64,000 bases of DNA, from NCBI RefSeq assembly GCF_009914755.1, contig NC_060925.1. One strand, given 5' to 3'. The position numbers and the translations under genes were made by a program. The notes below the pieces were generated by a model. It worked only from the letters and a program-made list of their open reading frames with translations, was not told where the DNA came from and searched no databases. This document shows positions 1-64,000 of the stretch, one piece after another; the stretch's first letter is position 1; each line of letters opens with the position of its first letter. Source of the DNA: the human T2T-CHM13v2.0 reference genome, Homo sapiens.

Positions 1-71
1 ACTTCTGAGCCTGCGCGGTGGGAGTTGCTCAAGCAGGTGGTAGCGACTTGGCTTCCGGGCAGCGGGTAAAG
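1..71 (+). ncRNA. EMC1-AS1: Probable first exon of antisense lncRNA EMC1-AS1, from the GC-rich promoter region shared with UBR4 (outside the window)
   Basis: CpG-containing start, ETS-type CTTCCGG at 52-58, consensus donor AAG|GTGAGT at 69-77. The gene name rests on recalled synteny; downstream exons cannot be placed from sequence. Confidence 0.5.
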
Positions 72-783
72 GTGAGTCTGGGGCATGGGTTCAGTGGGCA
101 AGTCTAGGGCAGCAGAGTTGACTACGCCTCGGCGTATAGAATGGCCCTGGCCTGGGACAGCTAAGGACGACAAGAGGAGGCCGAAGCCTAAAACGCTTTC
201 ACCTGCTTCTTCCCCTGCCTAGATCCCCCCAATAGTAATACTAAAGAGCGCCATAGTTTACAAAGATTTCTCCCTCTCACAACACCTTTTAATCACTGAT
301 CCGTATTCCCTTAGCACTCAAATCTCTTCTGTTTGGATTGCCCTCATTAACAATCTGACCAGCTCGTACAATGCATCCCTCTTTGCAATTTGCCACGTAT
401 GCTTACGTGTTCCCCTTTTTTCTACTGGCAAGGAAAGAATGTAAGCTTTTATTCACAGGAGATGCCTGAGACTTTTGCCGGTAAAATGATCTGGCTACAA
501 GGTCTAAGAGGGAAAAGCAGTTTGCTCGAGGAAAGGTATTCGTGCATTAAGGACAGTCCTGTGAGTGAGATATTGGTGGACGGCTTCAAGCTCTAGCCTG
601 TGGCCTACAGCTGGCCTAAATAAGACTGGGAAGGAACTGTGAAGACGGTTTCAAATTCCTAAAGCCCTGAAATTCTCCCCCTAAGTTTAGGAAGAGCTTT
701 TGTTCTTGGTGTGTAACACTGATAAATGAATTGGTACCTAGTGATTAATCTGCACTTTTATTAAGATATGACATACTTTACCT

Positions 784-1241
<458 letters not shown>

Positions 1242-4200
1242 TAACACTATAAATATTGCAGTATTTCAAGATACTGAACCAGAGCCCTAAGGAAAGGCTG
1301 GAGACCCAGAATTTTATAATGGCTTTGGGACATGAATTTTATTTTAACCAGAGGACAAAATTAATCTGCAAAAGCTGTCTTGGAGAAATTTCAGGAAATA
1401 AAAGATCAAATGTATCTGCTGTCCTCCCTTCCCTCTCCAGGAGAATAAAAGGCAAATGCAAACTATCACAGGGAGATTTTCACCTTTACCTAAATTATTT
1501 ATTATATACTTTATATTTCTGGTTAATAGATTGGGAGAGAGCACTCCAGATAAAGAACTTCCTTTATAAATGCCACATTTATTTCAGTACTGGAGGTTTG
1601 GTCTTGTGTTGCCACAAAGATTTGGAATGGCATCTATGTTATAAATTTAGATGACAAAAGAGACTAATAAAAGACTTCTAGATGAAACACAAGCTTCTAA
1701 TATTCTGGTCCAGGAAATAAGATAGAAACTAAAAAACAATAAATAACTTTTATGAATTAACTGAAGGACTTAAAATACTTGTTCCATTCTAATCCCAAGT
1801 GTCTGCCAAGGAACTGAAATTTAAAATGATAAAAGACATGATACAGTCATGTTACAGGGAATTCAATGAAGTAAAAATGGCAGACATTGATGAATGGTAT
1901 GGTTTAAAGATTTGTGTAGAGGTAGTGATGAGGAGGCCTGCTGGGAGCTGGAAAAGTTCTATACCTTGACACAGTTATGCTTACATGGATATACACACAC
2001 AGTAGTCACTAAGCCATGATTTGTACTTATGATTTGCACACTTTGGTGGTTGTAAATTGTACAGCAATCTAAAAACAAATGAGGTCAGTGTGCCTCACTA
2101 CAGAGCTTCAAAAGTGGTAGATAGCACATCTCTTTTTTCTTTTAAGCCATCTAATACAGAGTTGCTTGGAATAAATCCTAATAGATACAGTGTTTCTAGA
2201 AACAAGTAAATGAATAAACCTTAGCTGTTACCCCGTAGGAGCCAACAGAGGTCAATCTGTTCTCAAGCTTTTACAAAGTTACAAGAACAAGTAATCAGTG
2301 CATATTTTGTTGAAACTCCTACTGCAATACTGAAAACTTCAAATGGAGAGCAGCTCCTTTTTGGTAATTCACAACAGACTTAGTTTTCAAATTACCAAGA
2401 ATATAAGGAATTAGATTAGAAGCCTAATTCAATTTAGAATTATGAGACATTATTTGTAACCCACAAGTATTATTTTTCCCATGATACTGAACAATTCACC
2501 TGGCATGAACTTAAAAGAAGAAAATGCTTATTGCAGCCTTCTTGCTTTAAGAGCGAAAAAAACAATTTTGCTAGCTGTGGAGGGACTAGAATACAATGTC
2601 ACTTTAAGATTTACACTCTCAAAAGTTTTGACCTATCAGATTGAGAGCCAGAGAGAGAGACAGACAGAAGGAGAAGGATAAATCAAATGTGGTAAAATGT
2701 TAACCTTTGGGGGATCTGGGTAGAGGGGATCTGGGAATTATTTGTACTATTGCAACTTTTCTGTAAGTCTGAAATTGTGTTGTCAAAAGTCAAAAGAAAA
2801 AATTTATAAATACTTTATCATCCATTTGCTTTATAATTAGGTACAGAGTATGATGACAGAGAGAGCCTACTGTATGCCAGATACTTAACAGAAGGAAAGT
2901 AGTTTATATGTAAACTCTGGGAAAAGTGGAGCCAAATGATTACACTGTGTGTACCCTTTAGCACTGTTTGGGGTGGGGACATGGGGGGTCAGGGTGCAGA
3001 GAGGGACTGTTCTGGTCTCCTTGGAAGGTATGTGCCTATAGTAAAAAGCATGAGTAAGATATCACATCTCCTAACTCCGTAACAACCAAGCAAACTTATA
3101 ATAGCATTTTAACTTATATCACCTTTTTTATAGGAGCGGATATATATTCCAGCAGCATGAGTATTTTAGCCCTCTTTGCAATTGCAGTCTTCATTCATTA
3201 TCATCAATAAACTGGCCTCTGGTTGATTGATCTAGTCTAGTTCTTATTTTATCACAGCACATGGGATATATGATATCATCAAAGCCATGATGTGAACAAA
3301 CCATGAGGTATAATGGAGTTTGTATGAGTAATTGTGCCTTTTAATTATAGTTTTAGTTTGCTTTCTTGACTTCCATTCATTCAGATTGCACATTAGGGGA
3401 CAGAGAAGAGGGTGCTTCAATATAAACCTTTGGCTATTTTACAAACACACTTTGCTAAATGTTCTTAGTCTCTATCCTGCAAAAGTCACCTTCTTGGATC
3501 AGAAATATATAAAAGCCTTAGTGCTGGTGGAAAACAGGCTTCTTCGTTGGAGGTCAGTCTCAACTAACTTCACACTCTGATTCCTAAAAAAAAATGGGAA
3601 GGTGGGTGTGTACACATCCTTTATGTTACAAATTTCTTACTGGAAAGGTGACCTAAATATTAGACTTTCCCGAAAGAGTATTGAGTCTCATAAAAAATCT
3701 CTAATGGAACAGCACTTAAGAATTTCAACCGTGTGACCACTAAGAATGGTGTAGATCCATTACCTCTCACATAGGCACTCTCCACGATAGACTAAGTGAT
3801 AAAACCAAGCTGCAGAAGATTGTATTACCTGGAGAGATACCAAATTGTTCAGTGGTGACCTCTGGGAAACATGGTGGGGGAGGTTTTGAAGGCAACACTC
3901 ACCTTAATTTGGGGATATTGTTAAAAAATTTTTTTTACTTACATAGTCTTTTTAAAATAAAGAACTTAGCCACAAAATCAAAACAGCTGATTGATATGAA
4001 GCACCAGTATCTCCATTATTGAAAGGTTGCTTCAAGAATGCTGAATAGTTTGTTACATTTTACAAAAAAATGAAAGAGCACAGGATGTTGTCTACCTGTT
4101 TTAATTATGGAAGGATAATTGTCAATTTTTAAATAGCAAGATAGTTATAAAGAATGTTTTCCAAAGCAATACCAAAGAGATACTTTTCCCTTTTAGAATA

Positions 4201-4339
4201 GAAATTATGGTACCATGCAGCTTATTTCCCCATATTGATCAGGTGAGCATTTGTCTTAAGGAGTAAGAGAGTTTGTCAGACCTGGTGTCCATGGCTTGCC
4301 AGAGAGGCAGATTGAACTATCTCTTGGCATTTCCATAAA

Positions 4340-41351
<37,012 letters not shown>

Positions 41352-41359
41352 TCAGCGCG

Positions 41360-48353
<6,994 letters not shown>

Positions 48354-48491
48354 AAGGGACTCGGGACTGAAGGTCTCCTGGAAGCTTCTGGGTCTCACTG
48401 GACCATCAGGACTGCTGCCGCCCCTCTGGAGAGAGCAGCTTTTTATTTGTCTGTAGACAGGGAACATGATGGGCACTGACCTCCTGTAAAG

Positions 48492-48497
48492 AATAAA
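48492..48497 (+). terminator. MRTO4: MRTO4 proximal polyadenylation signal AATAAA
   Basis: Canonical hexamer about 140 nt after the stop, directly before an Alu; a variant AGTAAA lies at 49629-49634. Confidence 0.7.
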
Positions 48498-49466
48498 ACT
48501 GTGGGCCGGGCGCGGTGGCTCACGCCTGGAATCCCAGCACTTTGGGAAGCCGAGGTGGGCAGATCATAAGGTCAGGAGATTAAGACCATCCTGGCTAACA
48601 CGGTGAAACCCCGTCTCTACTAAAAATAGAAAAAAAAACTAGTTGGGCATAGTGGCATGTGCCTGTAGTCCCAGCTACTCAGGAGGCTGAGGCAGGAGAA
48701 TCACTTGAACCCGGGAGGTGGAGGTTGCCGTGAGTTGAGATTGGACCACTGCTCTCCAGCCTGGGCAACAGAGTAAAACTCTGTCCCAAAAAAAAAAAAG
48801 AATACAACCTTGCAGGATGTCTCTCCTGGAGACAGCAAGAGGGAGAGGAGGGAGAGGGCTCTTTCTTAGAAAAGAGGCCTTTGGTGAGCCCAGAAGTTTG
48901 AAACCAGCCTGGGCAATTCAGCAAGATCCCATCTCTACAAAAAATAAAAAAAAATTAGTCGTGGTGCCACTTGCCTGTGGTCCCCACTGCTTGGGAGGCT
49001 GAGGTGGGAGAATTGCTTAAGCCTGAGAGTTGGAGGCTCAGTTAGCCATGATCATGCCACTGCACTCCAGCCTGGGTGGCCATTGAATTCTGCGTGGATT
49101 GCCTCAGTTTGCCTTGTCAGCCAACTTCCACTGGCTGCCTTGGCACTGCCATGACAGCACAGCTCCACACCAGAGCTGGGGTTTCTCTTCAGTCCTGGGT
49201 ACCCCTTGGCAGAGGGATTTGCTGAGGAAAATTAGGTATCCTTCCTAGCCCTCCACACACTTCCAAACCAGGGCTGCGGATCTGATGGATGCCAGGAAGA
49301 CAGCCTTGGGCTGAGAGTGACGTCACTGCAAGAGTTGAGAGCCAGCGTCTAAAGTGTCCACGGCATCCTGGGAGGTTTTATCCTTGGTGACTCTAATGGT
49401 AGATTTTTGTCCACCTTGTTCTATTTGCTTTTGTTTGTTTTTGATTTTTCTGTTTTAAAATTTTAA

Positions 49467-49892
<426 letters not shown>

Positions 49893-50124
49893 TAGGCCAG
49901 GTCAAGCACCAGCCTCAGCAGGAAGTGCTGAAGGAGAGCTCAGGCCCGGCCCTCTCGCCTTGTGAGGATGACTGGGAAGACTGCACGAGTGTAGAGGAGG
50001 ATCTGCAAACCGGGCTGAGAGGGGAAAGCAGCCTACAACCATTTAAGGCCAAAACTGGCCAGGGGGAGAGAATGAAGGGTGGCAGGTGGTGCCCTCCGCA
50101 CCTGAGCCAGGTCTAGCCAGACCT

Positions 50125-51990
<1,866 letters not shown>

Positions 51991-53833
51991 CGTGTTCTTG
52001 GGTGGCTAGAGGGGAGGCAGTGGGTGAGAATCCTTGCATTTGGCCAGGCGTGATGGCCACACCTGTAATCCAAGCCCTTTGGGAGGCCAAGAAGGGAGGA
52101 TTGCTTGATGCCGGAAGTTAGAAGTCAGCCAAGATAACGTAGGGAGACCTCCTGTCTCTACAAAAAAAAAAAAAAAAAATTAGCCGGGCGTAGTGATGTG
52201 CGCCTCTAGTCTCAGCTGCTCTGGAGGCTGAGGCAGGAAGATCACTTGAGTCTGGGAGGTAGAGGCTACAGGGAGTGGTGATCGAGCCCCTGCACTCCAT
52301 CCTGAACAACAGAGTGAGACCCCATTTCGAAGAAAAAACCCTAGCATTTAACCTCACCAGGTGTTAAACACCCGCCACCTTAGGACCCCTCAGCACCTAC
52401 AGCACCACACCTGTGTGCCCTGGGGGACACAAGGACCCATGACAAGTCCTGATCTCCAATCCTGGCTCTGCGGCCTTGGCTGAGCCACCTGCCCTCACCT
52501 GCTCAGTGAGGAAGGGAAATGCCCCATGCCAGCCCCATGTGCTAAATGCCAAGTATAAAGGTAGTAAGGGGCCTGGCCAGCTTTGCACACTGTAAAGAAC
52601 AGATGGGATGAAACCCAGCAGGTCTCGATGCTCCAGGGCTGTAGCCTGGGCCCTGCAGTGTGAAAAGCTTGAGAAAACCTCCGCTTAGGACGGTGGTTCC
52701 TGAACATGGCAAGGATTATTAGAAACCCTTGGGGTTTCTGATCATCCTTATCATCCAAATAAGGCTGTAAATCACAGCAGTGCACACAAGGTGAACCCAA
52801 ATGTTGGACACTGCTGCCTAAGTCCTTGGCCATTTCAACAAAACTAGCACTGGCACCACTTCCATGGAGCTTGGCTTGTTTCTGCCTTCCTCCCAGGGGG
52901 AGAAAACAAAAAGAAGTAATAAATCACATTGTGCACAAATATTAACCTTGCAGGTGTGGATTTGGTAAATCTAAGATCAGGAACTTTCCAGCAGCCCACA
53001 CACGACATCTAAATTTGATATATTAAGGAATAGCGATAAAGTGTGTAGCTTTTTTTTTAATAAGAGATGGCGGTCTTGCTTTAATATCCAGGCCAAACTC
53101 CTAAGCTCAAGCAATCCTCCTATCTTGGCCTCCTAAGGCTGGAACTACAGGCCTATGACACCATGCCTGGCTAGTTTTTAAAATTTTTTTGTAGAGACAG
53201 TCTCACTGACCTGCCCAGGCTGGTCTCAAACTCCTGGGCTCAAGCGATTCACCTTTGTCTCCCAAAGTGTTGGGATTATAGGTGTGAACCACCACCCCCA
53301 GCCAAGTGTATACTTTAGACATAGTGCAGCAGTAACTGCTAGAGAAAAAGAAAGCTGCAAGAATTTCTAGAAGTTGCCTCTGAGGAATGAGACTTGGAAA
53401 GTGACAGCTTTTAACCATGGGCACATATCACTTTAATAAATTGTCCAAATTTTAAGAAATAGACTGGGTGTGGTGGCTTCCAGCTTGTATATATAAACTG
53501 TCTTCCATCCAACTCTTGGAATCAGAGTAAAGCTTTTGGAAATCCATTTTGTGAGAGAGAAAGCATCTAACTGTTGTGAATGCTATTTCAAATTCAGTTA
53601 ATAAAGCTCAACATTGAGAATAGAAATTTGTTTCTGCAGTGGACATACACTTACAAATGCCATGGTAAGGACGGTGGCTCACGCCTGCAATCCCAGCACT
53701 TTGGGAGGCCGAGGCGGGTGGATCACGAGGTCAGGAGTTCAAGACCAGGCTGGCCAAGATGGTGAAACCCCGTCTCTACTAAAAATATAAAAAATGAGCC
53801 AGGTGTGGTGGCAGGCGCCTGTAGTCCCAGCTA

Positions 53834-53983
<150 letters not shown>

Positions 53984-54160
53984 TTATTAAATTAAAAATC
54001 CATGCAGCAGAAATGTACTTGTTCATAAACAATTGTGGAGCCTGGCACTCTTACCTTCCTGTTGCTTCTGAAATGTATTCAGAATGGCCCAATTTGAGAC
54101 ACTGGTGATGCCAACCAACCCAGTCACTGGGAACAAGCAGGTCAGAAATGAAGCAAGTAG

Positions 54161-54457
<297 letters not shown>

Positions 54458-55459
54458 TAACTAGGATGGTCTTGATCTCCTGACCCCATAATCCGCCCGC
54501 CTCGGCCTCCCAAAGTGCTGGGATTACAGGCGTGAGCCACTGCGCCTGGCCCTTCTCCAGTCTTTTATACAGCACAGAGCAGTTTCCTTAGTTTGAGGAT
54601 GAATAAATATATATTAGACGCTCTCCAGATCCAGCTCTGCTCCTTTAGGTCTTTTTGTTCCTTCTCATTTGTTTTTAAATTAACAAATACGAATTGTATA
54701 TATATTTAAGGTGCTGTTTGGGAACTGTCTCTTGAAGAAGCTCTTTAGATATAAAATGGCTGAGGGAGGAGGTGGAGTGGGAAAAAAAGAAGAGAAAAAA
54801 GATATGAAATGGCTGAATTCAAGTGGACATCAACTATCTTTGAGATATAGTATCCAGAAGATTCTAATAGGTGGGATGTGGCATAGCAGAGAATGCATCC
54901 CTGATGGGGATACTCAAGAGTCTCAGCAGCTCCTGGGGCTCATCTCGACTTGACCACTCAGGACCGTTGCTCCCAGTGTTACAGTTTATTTTCCTAAGAT
55001 AACCACCCCATGCTCTCAAATGCTCTTTGTACAGGTATCTTTGACTCCCCTCCCAGGACACAAGAGTGATGCTATGGACTCCTGAGGCTGGGACATAAAA
55101 GGCCACATGGCTTCTGCCTAGATTGCTTGAGATGTGCTCCCTTGGAAGCCACATGCAGAGGCCACATGTGTGCCAGTTAATGACAGCAGCTGATAAGTGA
55201 ATGTCTTCAGGTGACCCTAGCCTACAGCTGCTAAATCACGCCTCAGACACCGGGGAACAGATGAGGCTTCCCCCACTGAGTTCTACCCAAACAGTGGGTT
55301 TGCCACCACCCAGCTAATTTTTGTATATTTTGTCAAGATGGGATTTCACCATGTTGCCCAGGCTGCTCTTGAACTCCTGGATTCAAGCAATCCCCTTGCC
55401 TAGGCCTCTCAGAGTTCTGGGATTTCAGGAATGAGACACCGTGCCTGGCCTGTTTTGTT

Positions 55460-56424
55460 TTTTAAAAACAACAGTATTGAGACATAATTCAGACACTATA
55501 CAGTTGACTTACTTAAAGTGATGTTTAATGCTGTTTCATGTATTCAGAGTTGTACAACCATCACAATCAATTTCAGAGCATCTTCATAAGCGCCCCCAAA
55601 AGAAACCCTGTACTCATTAGCAGTGAATCTCCATTTCCTCGCAATCCTCCTCCCAGTCCTAGGCAAGTACTCATCTACTTTCTCTCTCTCAAACAGATTT
55701 GCCTATTCTGGACATTTCATATAAACGAAATCATACAACGTGAAACCTTTTGTAATTGGCTTCTTTAACTTAACACGTCTTCAAGATGCACTTACCTTGT
55801 AGATGTTTAACTACTTCTGTCTGTGTATTTGTTTGTTTGTTTGTTTGTTTGGAAACAGGGTTTGCTCTGTCGCCCAGGCTGGAGTGCAGTGGCACAGTCA
55901 TAGCTCACTCCAGACTTGAATACCTGGGCTCAAGCAATCCGCCCATCTCAGCTTCCCGAGCAGCTGGGACTACAGGTGTGTGCCATGGGGCCCCAGTAAT
56001 TTTGTTTTTATGTTTAGTGGAGACAGGGTCTCGCTTTGTTTCCCAGACTGGTCTGGAACTCCTGTCTTCAATCAGTCCTACTGCCTTGGCCTCTCAAAGT
56101 GCTGAGATTACAGGTGTCAGCCACTCTTTTTTTTTTTTAATGGCCGAATAATAGTCTGTTGTATAAATATACCATATTTTGTTTATCCATTTATTCATTC
56201 TTGGACATTTGGGTTGTTTTTACTTATTGGCTATTATGAGCAATGATAATGTGAAATCTCATACCCAAGTTTTTTTGTGGGGAGATATGTTTTCATTTCT
56301 CTTGGCTACATACCCACAAGTGGAACTGCTGAATCCTATGGTAATTTTATGTTTAATCCTTTGAGAAACTGCCAAACTGTTTTCCAAACTGGTTGTACCA
56401 TTTTACATCCCCACCATCAGTGTG
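55460..56424 (-). mobile_element. Old L1M 3' fragment interrupted by an Alu (about 55830-56125)
   Basis: Typical antisense L1M text (GTTGTACAACCATCAC, GGACATTTGGGTTGTTT, GAAACTGCCAAACTGTTTTCCAAA). Confidence 0.7.
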
Positions 56425-56652
56425 TGAATTTCCTCCCCTGTCTGTCTCTTGCTCCCTCTCTCACCATGTGACACGCTGGCTCCGTTTCCCCTTCTGCCAT
56501 GATTCTAAGCTTCCTGAGGCCCTCACCAAGAGCAGATGCCGGCACCACACCCTCTTGTACAGACTGCAGAACTGTGAGCCAAAGAAACCTCTTTTCTTTA
56601 TACATGACCCAGTCTCAGGTATTCTTTTATAGCAACGCAAACAGACTAACAC
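56425..56652 (+). mobile_element. MST-type MaLR LTR, 3' half
   Basis: TGCCATGATTCTAAGCTTCCTGAGGCC...GCAGAACTGTGAGCCAA...CAGACTAACACA. Confidence 0.75.
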
Positions 56653-56669
56653 ACAGCACCCTGGGAGAT

Positions 56670-56675
56670 TTTATT
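56670..56675 (-). terminator. AKR7L: AKR7L proximal polyadenylation signal (AATAAA on -)
   Basis: TTTATT on +, about 146 nt past the stop; a distal ATTAAA lies at 55524-55529. Confidence 0.6.
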
Positions 56676-56821
56676 CTTCCTTAGGTGGTGACTCTACTGT
56701 TAGGTTTTTTTCCAAATACTTCCATCCCTAAGAATTTAGTGAGGCAGTTCTAAATTAGACAAAGCGGGAGAGAGCAAAAGAGTTGACAGAAAAGCCTTGG
56801 GCAGCCTGAGCCACAATGAGC

Positions 56822-57235
<414 letters not shown>

Positions 57236-57783
57236 CTAAGTTATTAAACCTCTCTGAGATTCAATCCTCTTTTCTATTTTCAACATGGTTATGGGTGTGA
57301 AAAATTATGTAGAGCACTTAGCTCCCATTTATTGAGCACCTACTGTATATATGCCAGACACTATTGCAACATCTAAGGCTGGAGTTGGATATAAGTGAGG
57401 AAGACATGAGGCACTGAGAGAGGGAAACTCCAGCTCCCACCAAAAGGATGAGGCTAGTGGGCTTTACAGTTGAACCTATGTTAAAATGTCTTCCCCTTTC
57501 ATAGCTGGGTGAAACTCAGTTTCCTCATCAATAACACTGGGATAGTCATTTCATAAAGCTGAAGGAATAATGAAATCCCTGCAGTGAAGCCCTCATTACA
57601 AAGCCTGGCACTCAGATACCATCAAAGACCAATGGGAAGGCCGAGCGCAGGGGCTCACGCCTGTAATCCCAGCACTTTCAGAGGCTGAGGAGGGCGAATT
57701 GTCTGAGCTCAGGAGTTCAAGACCAGCATAGGCAGCTTGGCGAAACCCCATCTCTACTATAAATACAAACAATTAGTTGGTCA

Positions 57784-57993
<210 letters not shown>

Positions 57994-58029
57994 TCAGAGG
58001 AATCGAGAAAACAAATGCTTTGGGCTTCA

Positions 58030-58356
<327 letters not shown>

Positions 58357-58779
58357 TCATAGGTCTCTCACTTTTCTGGGCATCAGAACCACCCAGGATG
58401 CTGGGCCCCTCAGCAGAGACCTCAACGAATCTTTATTCCTGAGAACTCAGCAGCCTGCTCTCATTTCCCCTACGGACATGAAGGCCACTGAGACAGGTCA
58501 GGACTCAGCCCCAGGCCTCCTGGACCTCCTTCCAGGGCTCTTTCTTTCCTTTGTAGCGGGTGATTGCTCAGGAAAGAGCTACGACTTCAAGACACCGAGG
58601 TCCAGGGAGTCTCCTTTCCTCCTGGAGGTCCCAAGACAACAAGAAAACCCACAGAGGGCTTGGGAATTCCTGAAGGAATGCAGGGGAGTAGGTGCAGACA
58701 GCGAGGAAAGGCCTTACCCCAGGAGCAGCCCAGGACTTCATTCCACATAAAGCTGACCCCACCCCAGCCATCCACATCA

Positions 58780-59254
<475 letters not shown>

Positions 59255-59905
59255 CTAAATTTACCCTCATAGAACCCTTATTTCAGACCTTAACAATTCT
59301 AGGATTTTAACCATCTGGGCATATACTTATTCTTACTGGTGCTGGTGAAAGGGGCTTATGCCCTAGGAAAATTCATTCATTCTGCCAACTTTCATGAGCA
59401 CCAACTGTGGGCTGGTTGTCAGATTTAGATTCAAAAGCTAAAAGGACAAGGTCCCTTCCCTCAAATATTTTGTAGTAAGGTCAAGCATAAACAGTTATAA
59501 TCGAGTCATGAGGCAATCATAATAGACTAGAAAGTTCTGTGACCAGTGCCTGGCACCAAGCAGGTGTGCAAATATTTGTGCAATGAATCATGAGGAGGTA
59601 AACAAGGACCTGAGGTCTCAGGGTCTTCTGGGCCCATCTAGAAAGGCTTCCAGAGGAAGAGACACGTATGTGAGACCTGAACCATTCTCTCACGGAAGGG
59701 GCGGTGGTGGGGGAAGGGCTTGTTCCAGGCTGAGTGCAGGGGAAGGTAGGGAAGGAAGGGTCCAAGGTGCACAGATAGGCAGGAAGGAAGCAGATGCCCA
59801 GTGGCCAGCCTGAGGAGCTTGAATGGCATCCTGAGGGTACCTGGGAGCCATCTGCAGGCTTTCAGCAGGGAAGTGGCTGCTATGCAGAGGGCATGGGGGC
59901 AGTCA

Positions 59906-62242
<2,337 letters not shown>

Positions 62243-63239
62243 ACCGGAAATAAGATCAGAGCTCTCACCGAGTGGCAGCCAGGTGATCTAGAAAGAGTGT
62301 GGCACTGAAATGCACGCACAGGCCTCTTTTGTTTGGGATGTACCATGTGGTGAATCAGAGGAGAAATGGACAAGACTCCACTCAGACACTCAGAGTGGAA
62401 GGAGGCAAATGGTGCTAATATTAAGAACAAAGAAACAGCTAACATTTCCCAGCCCTCACTATGTGCCTGCCAGGCATCGGCCTAAGCACTGCAAATGGCA
62501 TCAGACTGAGGGCGGCTCCTCCTGCCCCTTTACACACATCTTCCCCTCGGGCTACACCTGCTTCCCCCAGCACCGGCGGCATTGCCAAGTCGCATTTGCC
62601 TTTCCACACCCATGCCCACTGCCCTGACGCCCTTGCCCCTTGTACTCTTCCTGGCAAACTCCTATCCTATCTTTCTTCACGGGGTCCCTCCCAAGAAGGG
62701 CTCACTCGGCTCCCCAGCCATCGCTAGAATTGGAGATTCCTGGAGTGGGTTAGTGTCCATTTCTCTCCAATAGCCTCAGACAGAGCATCCCACAGAGAGG
62801 GCAGCGAGACCCTGTACCACACCCAATTCCCCATCTCACTGAGGGAGCTGCCAAGGCTCCCAGGCATTGTCACCCTGGTGAGTTACCAGAGCAAAGTCCA
62901 GGGACCCGAGCAGTCTGGCATGAGCGTAGGAGGAAGCAGATAGTGTGCTGGGTCCAAACTCTGATTTTGGACTGTGCCAGGCGATAAGAACAGAATTTCT
63001 GCAGATCAGGCCCGTCAAGGGCACCTGAAGGGCACAGGTGGGGACAGGAGCTGCACAATGCTAGATTCCAATGTTTTTCGTGCTCCAGAGAGGGGCTAGC
63101 CAAGTCATTCCAGGCAAGACCAAGTCATCCAGGCGTCAGTGAGGGTGCTGGGCTACCTCCCGGAAGAGAAGACGACAGAAAAGGAGTCCGGACAAAGCAC
63201 CATCCAGTTGTCCAGAGCTAGATGTGCCTGAGGAACTGG

Positions 63240-64000
<761 letters not shown>

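Noticed and set aside
56676-56821. SECIS element that would recode the AKR7L TGA
   Set aside because: No ATGA/GTGA core on the - strand of the proximal UTR; the distal UTR is LTR/L1/Alu-derived and was not tested computationally.

Overview
Human genomic DNA, Alu-dense, recognisable as the 1p36.13 EMC1-MRTO4-AKR7L interval (gene identities come from my own translation of the spliced exons plus recall of the proteins; no search was run). It holds three reconstructable genes. (1) EMC1 (- strand): 23 coding exons, 2982 nt, 993 aa. (2) MRTO4 (+ strand): 8 coding exons, 720 nt, 239 aa, head-to-head with EMC1 across a CpG island with 326 bp between the start codons. (3) AKR7L (- strand): 7 exons, 331 codons, with an in-frame TGA at codon 106. 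The window opens on a GC-rich exon with a perfect donor, probably the first exon of the antisense lncRNA EMC1-AS1. Nearly all other ORFs in the track are Alu or GC artefacts. I see no evidence for a new multi-gene system. The most notable unexplained structures are a decayed tandem AKR7 copy (exons 6-7 plus introns, splice sites intact) at about 50.1-52.0 kb, and a gap-free, non-Alu ~117 bp inverted duplication in EMC1 intron 1.
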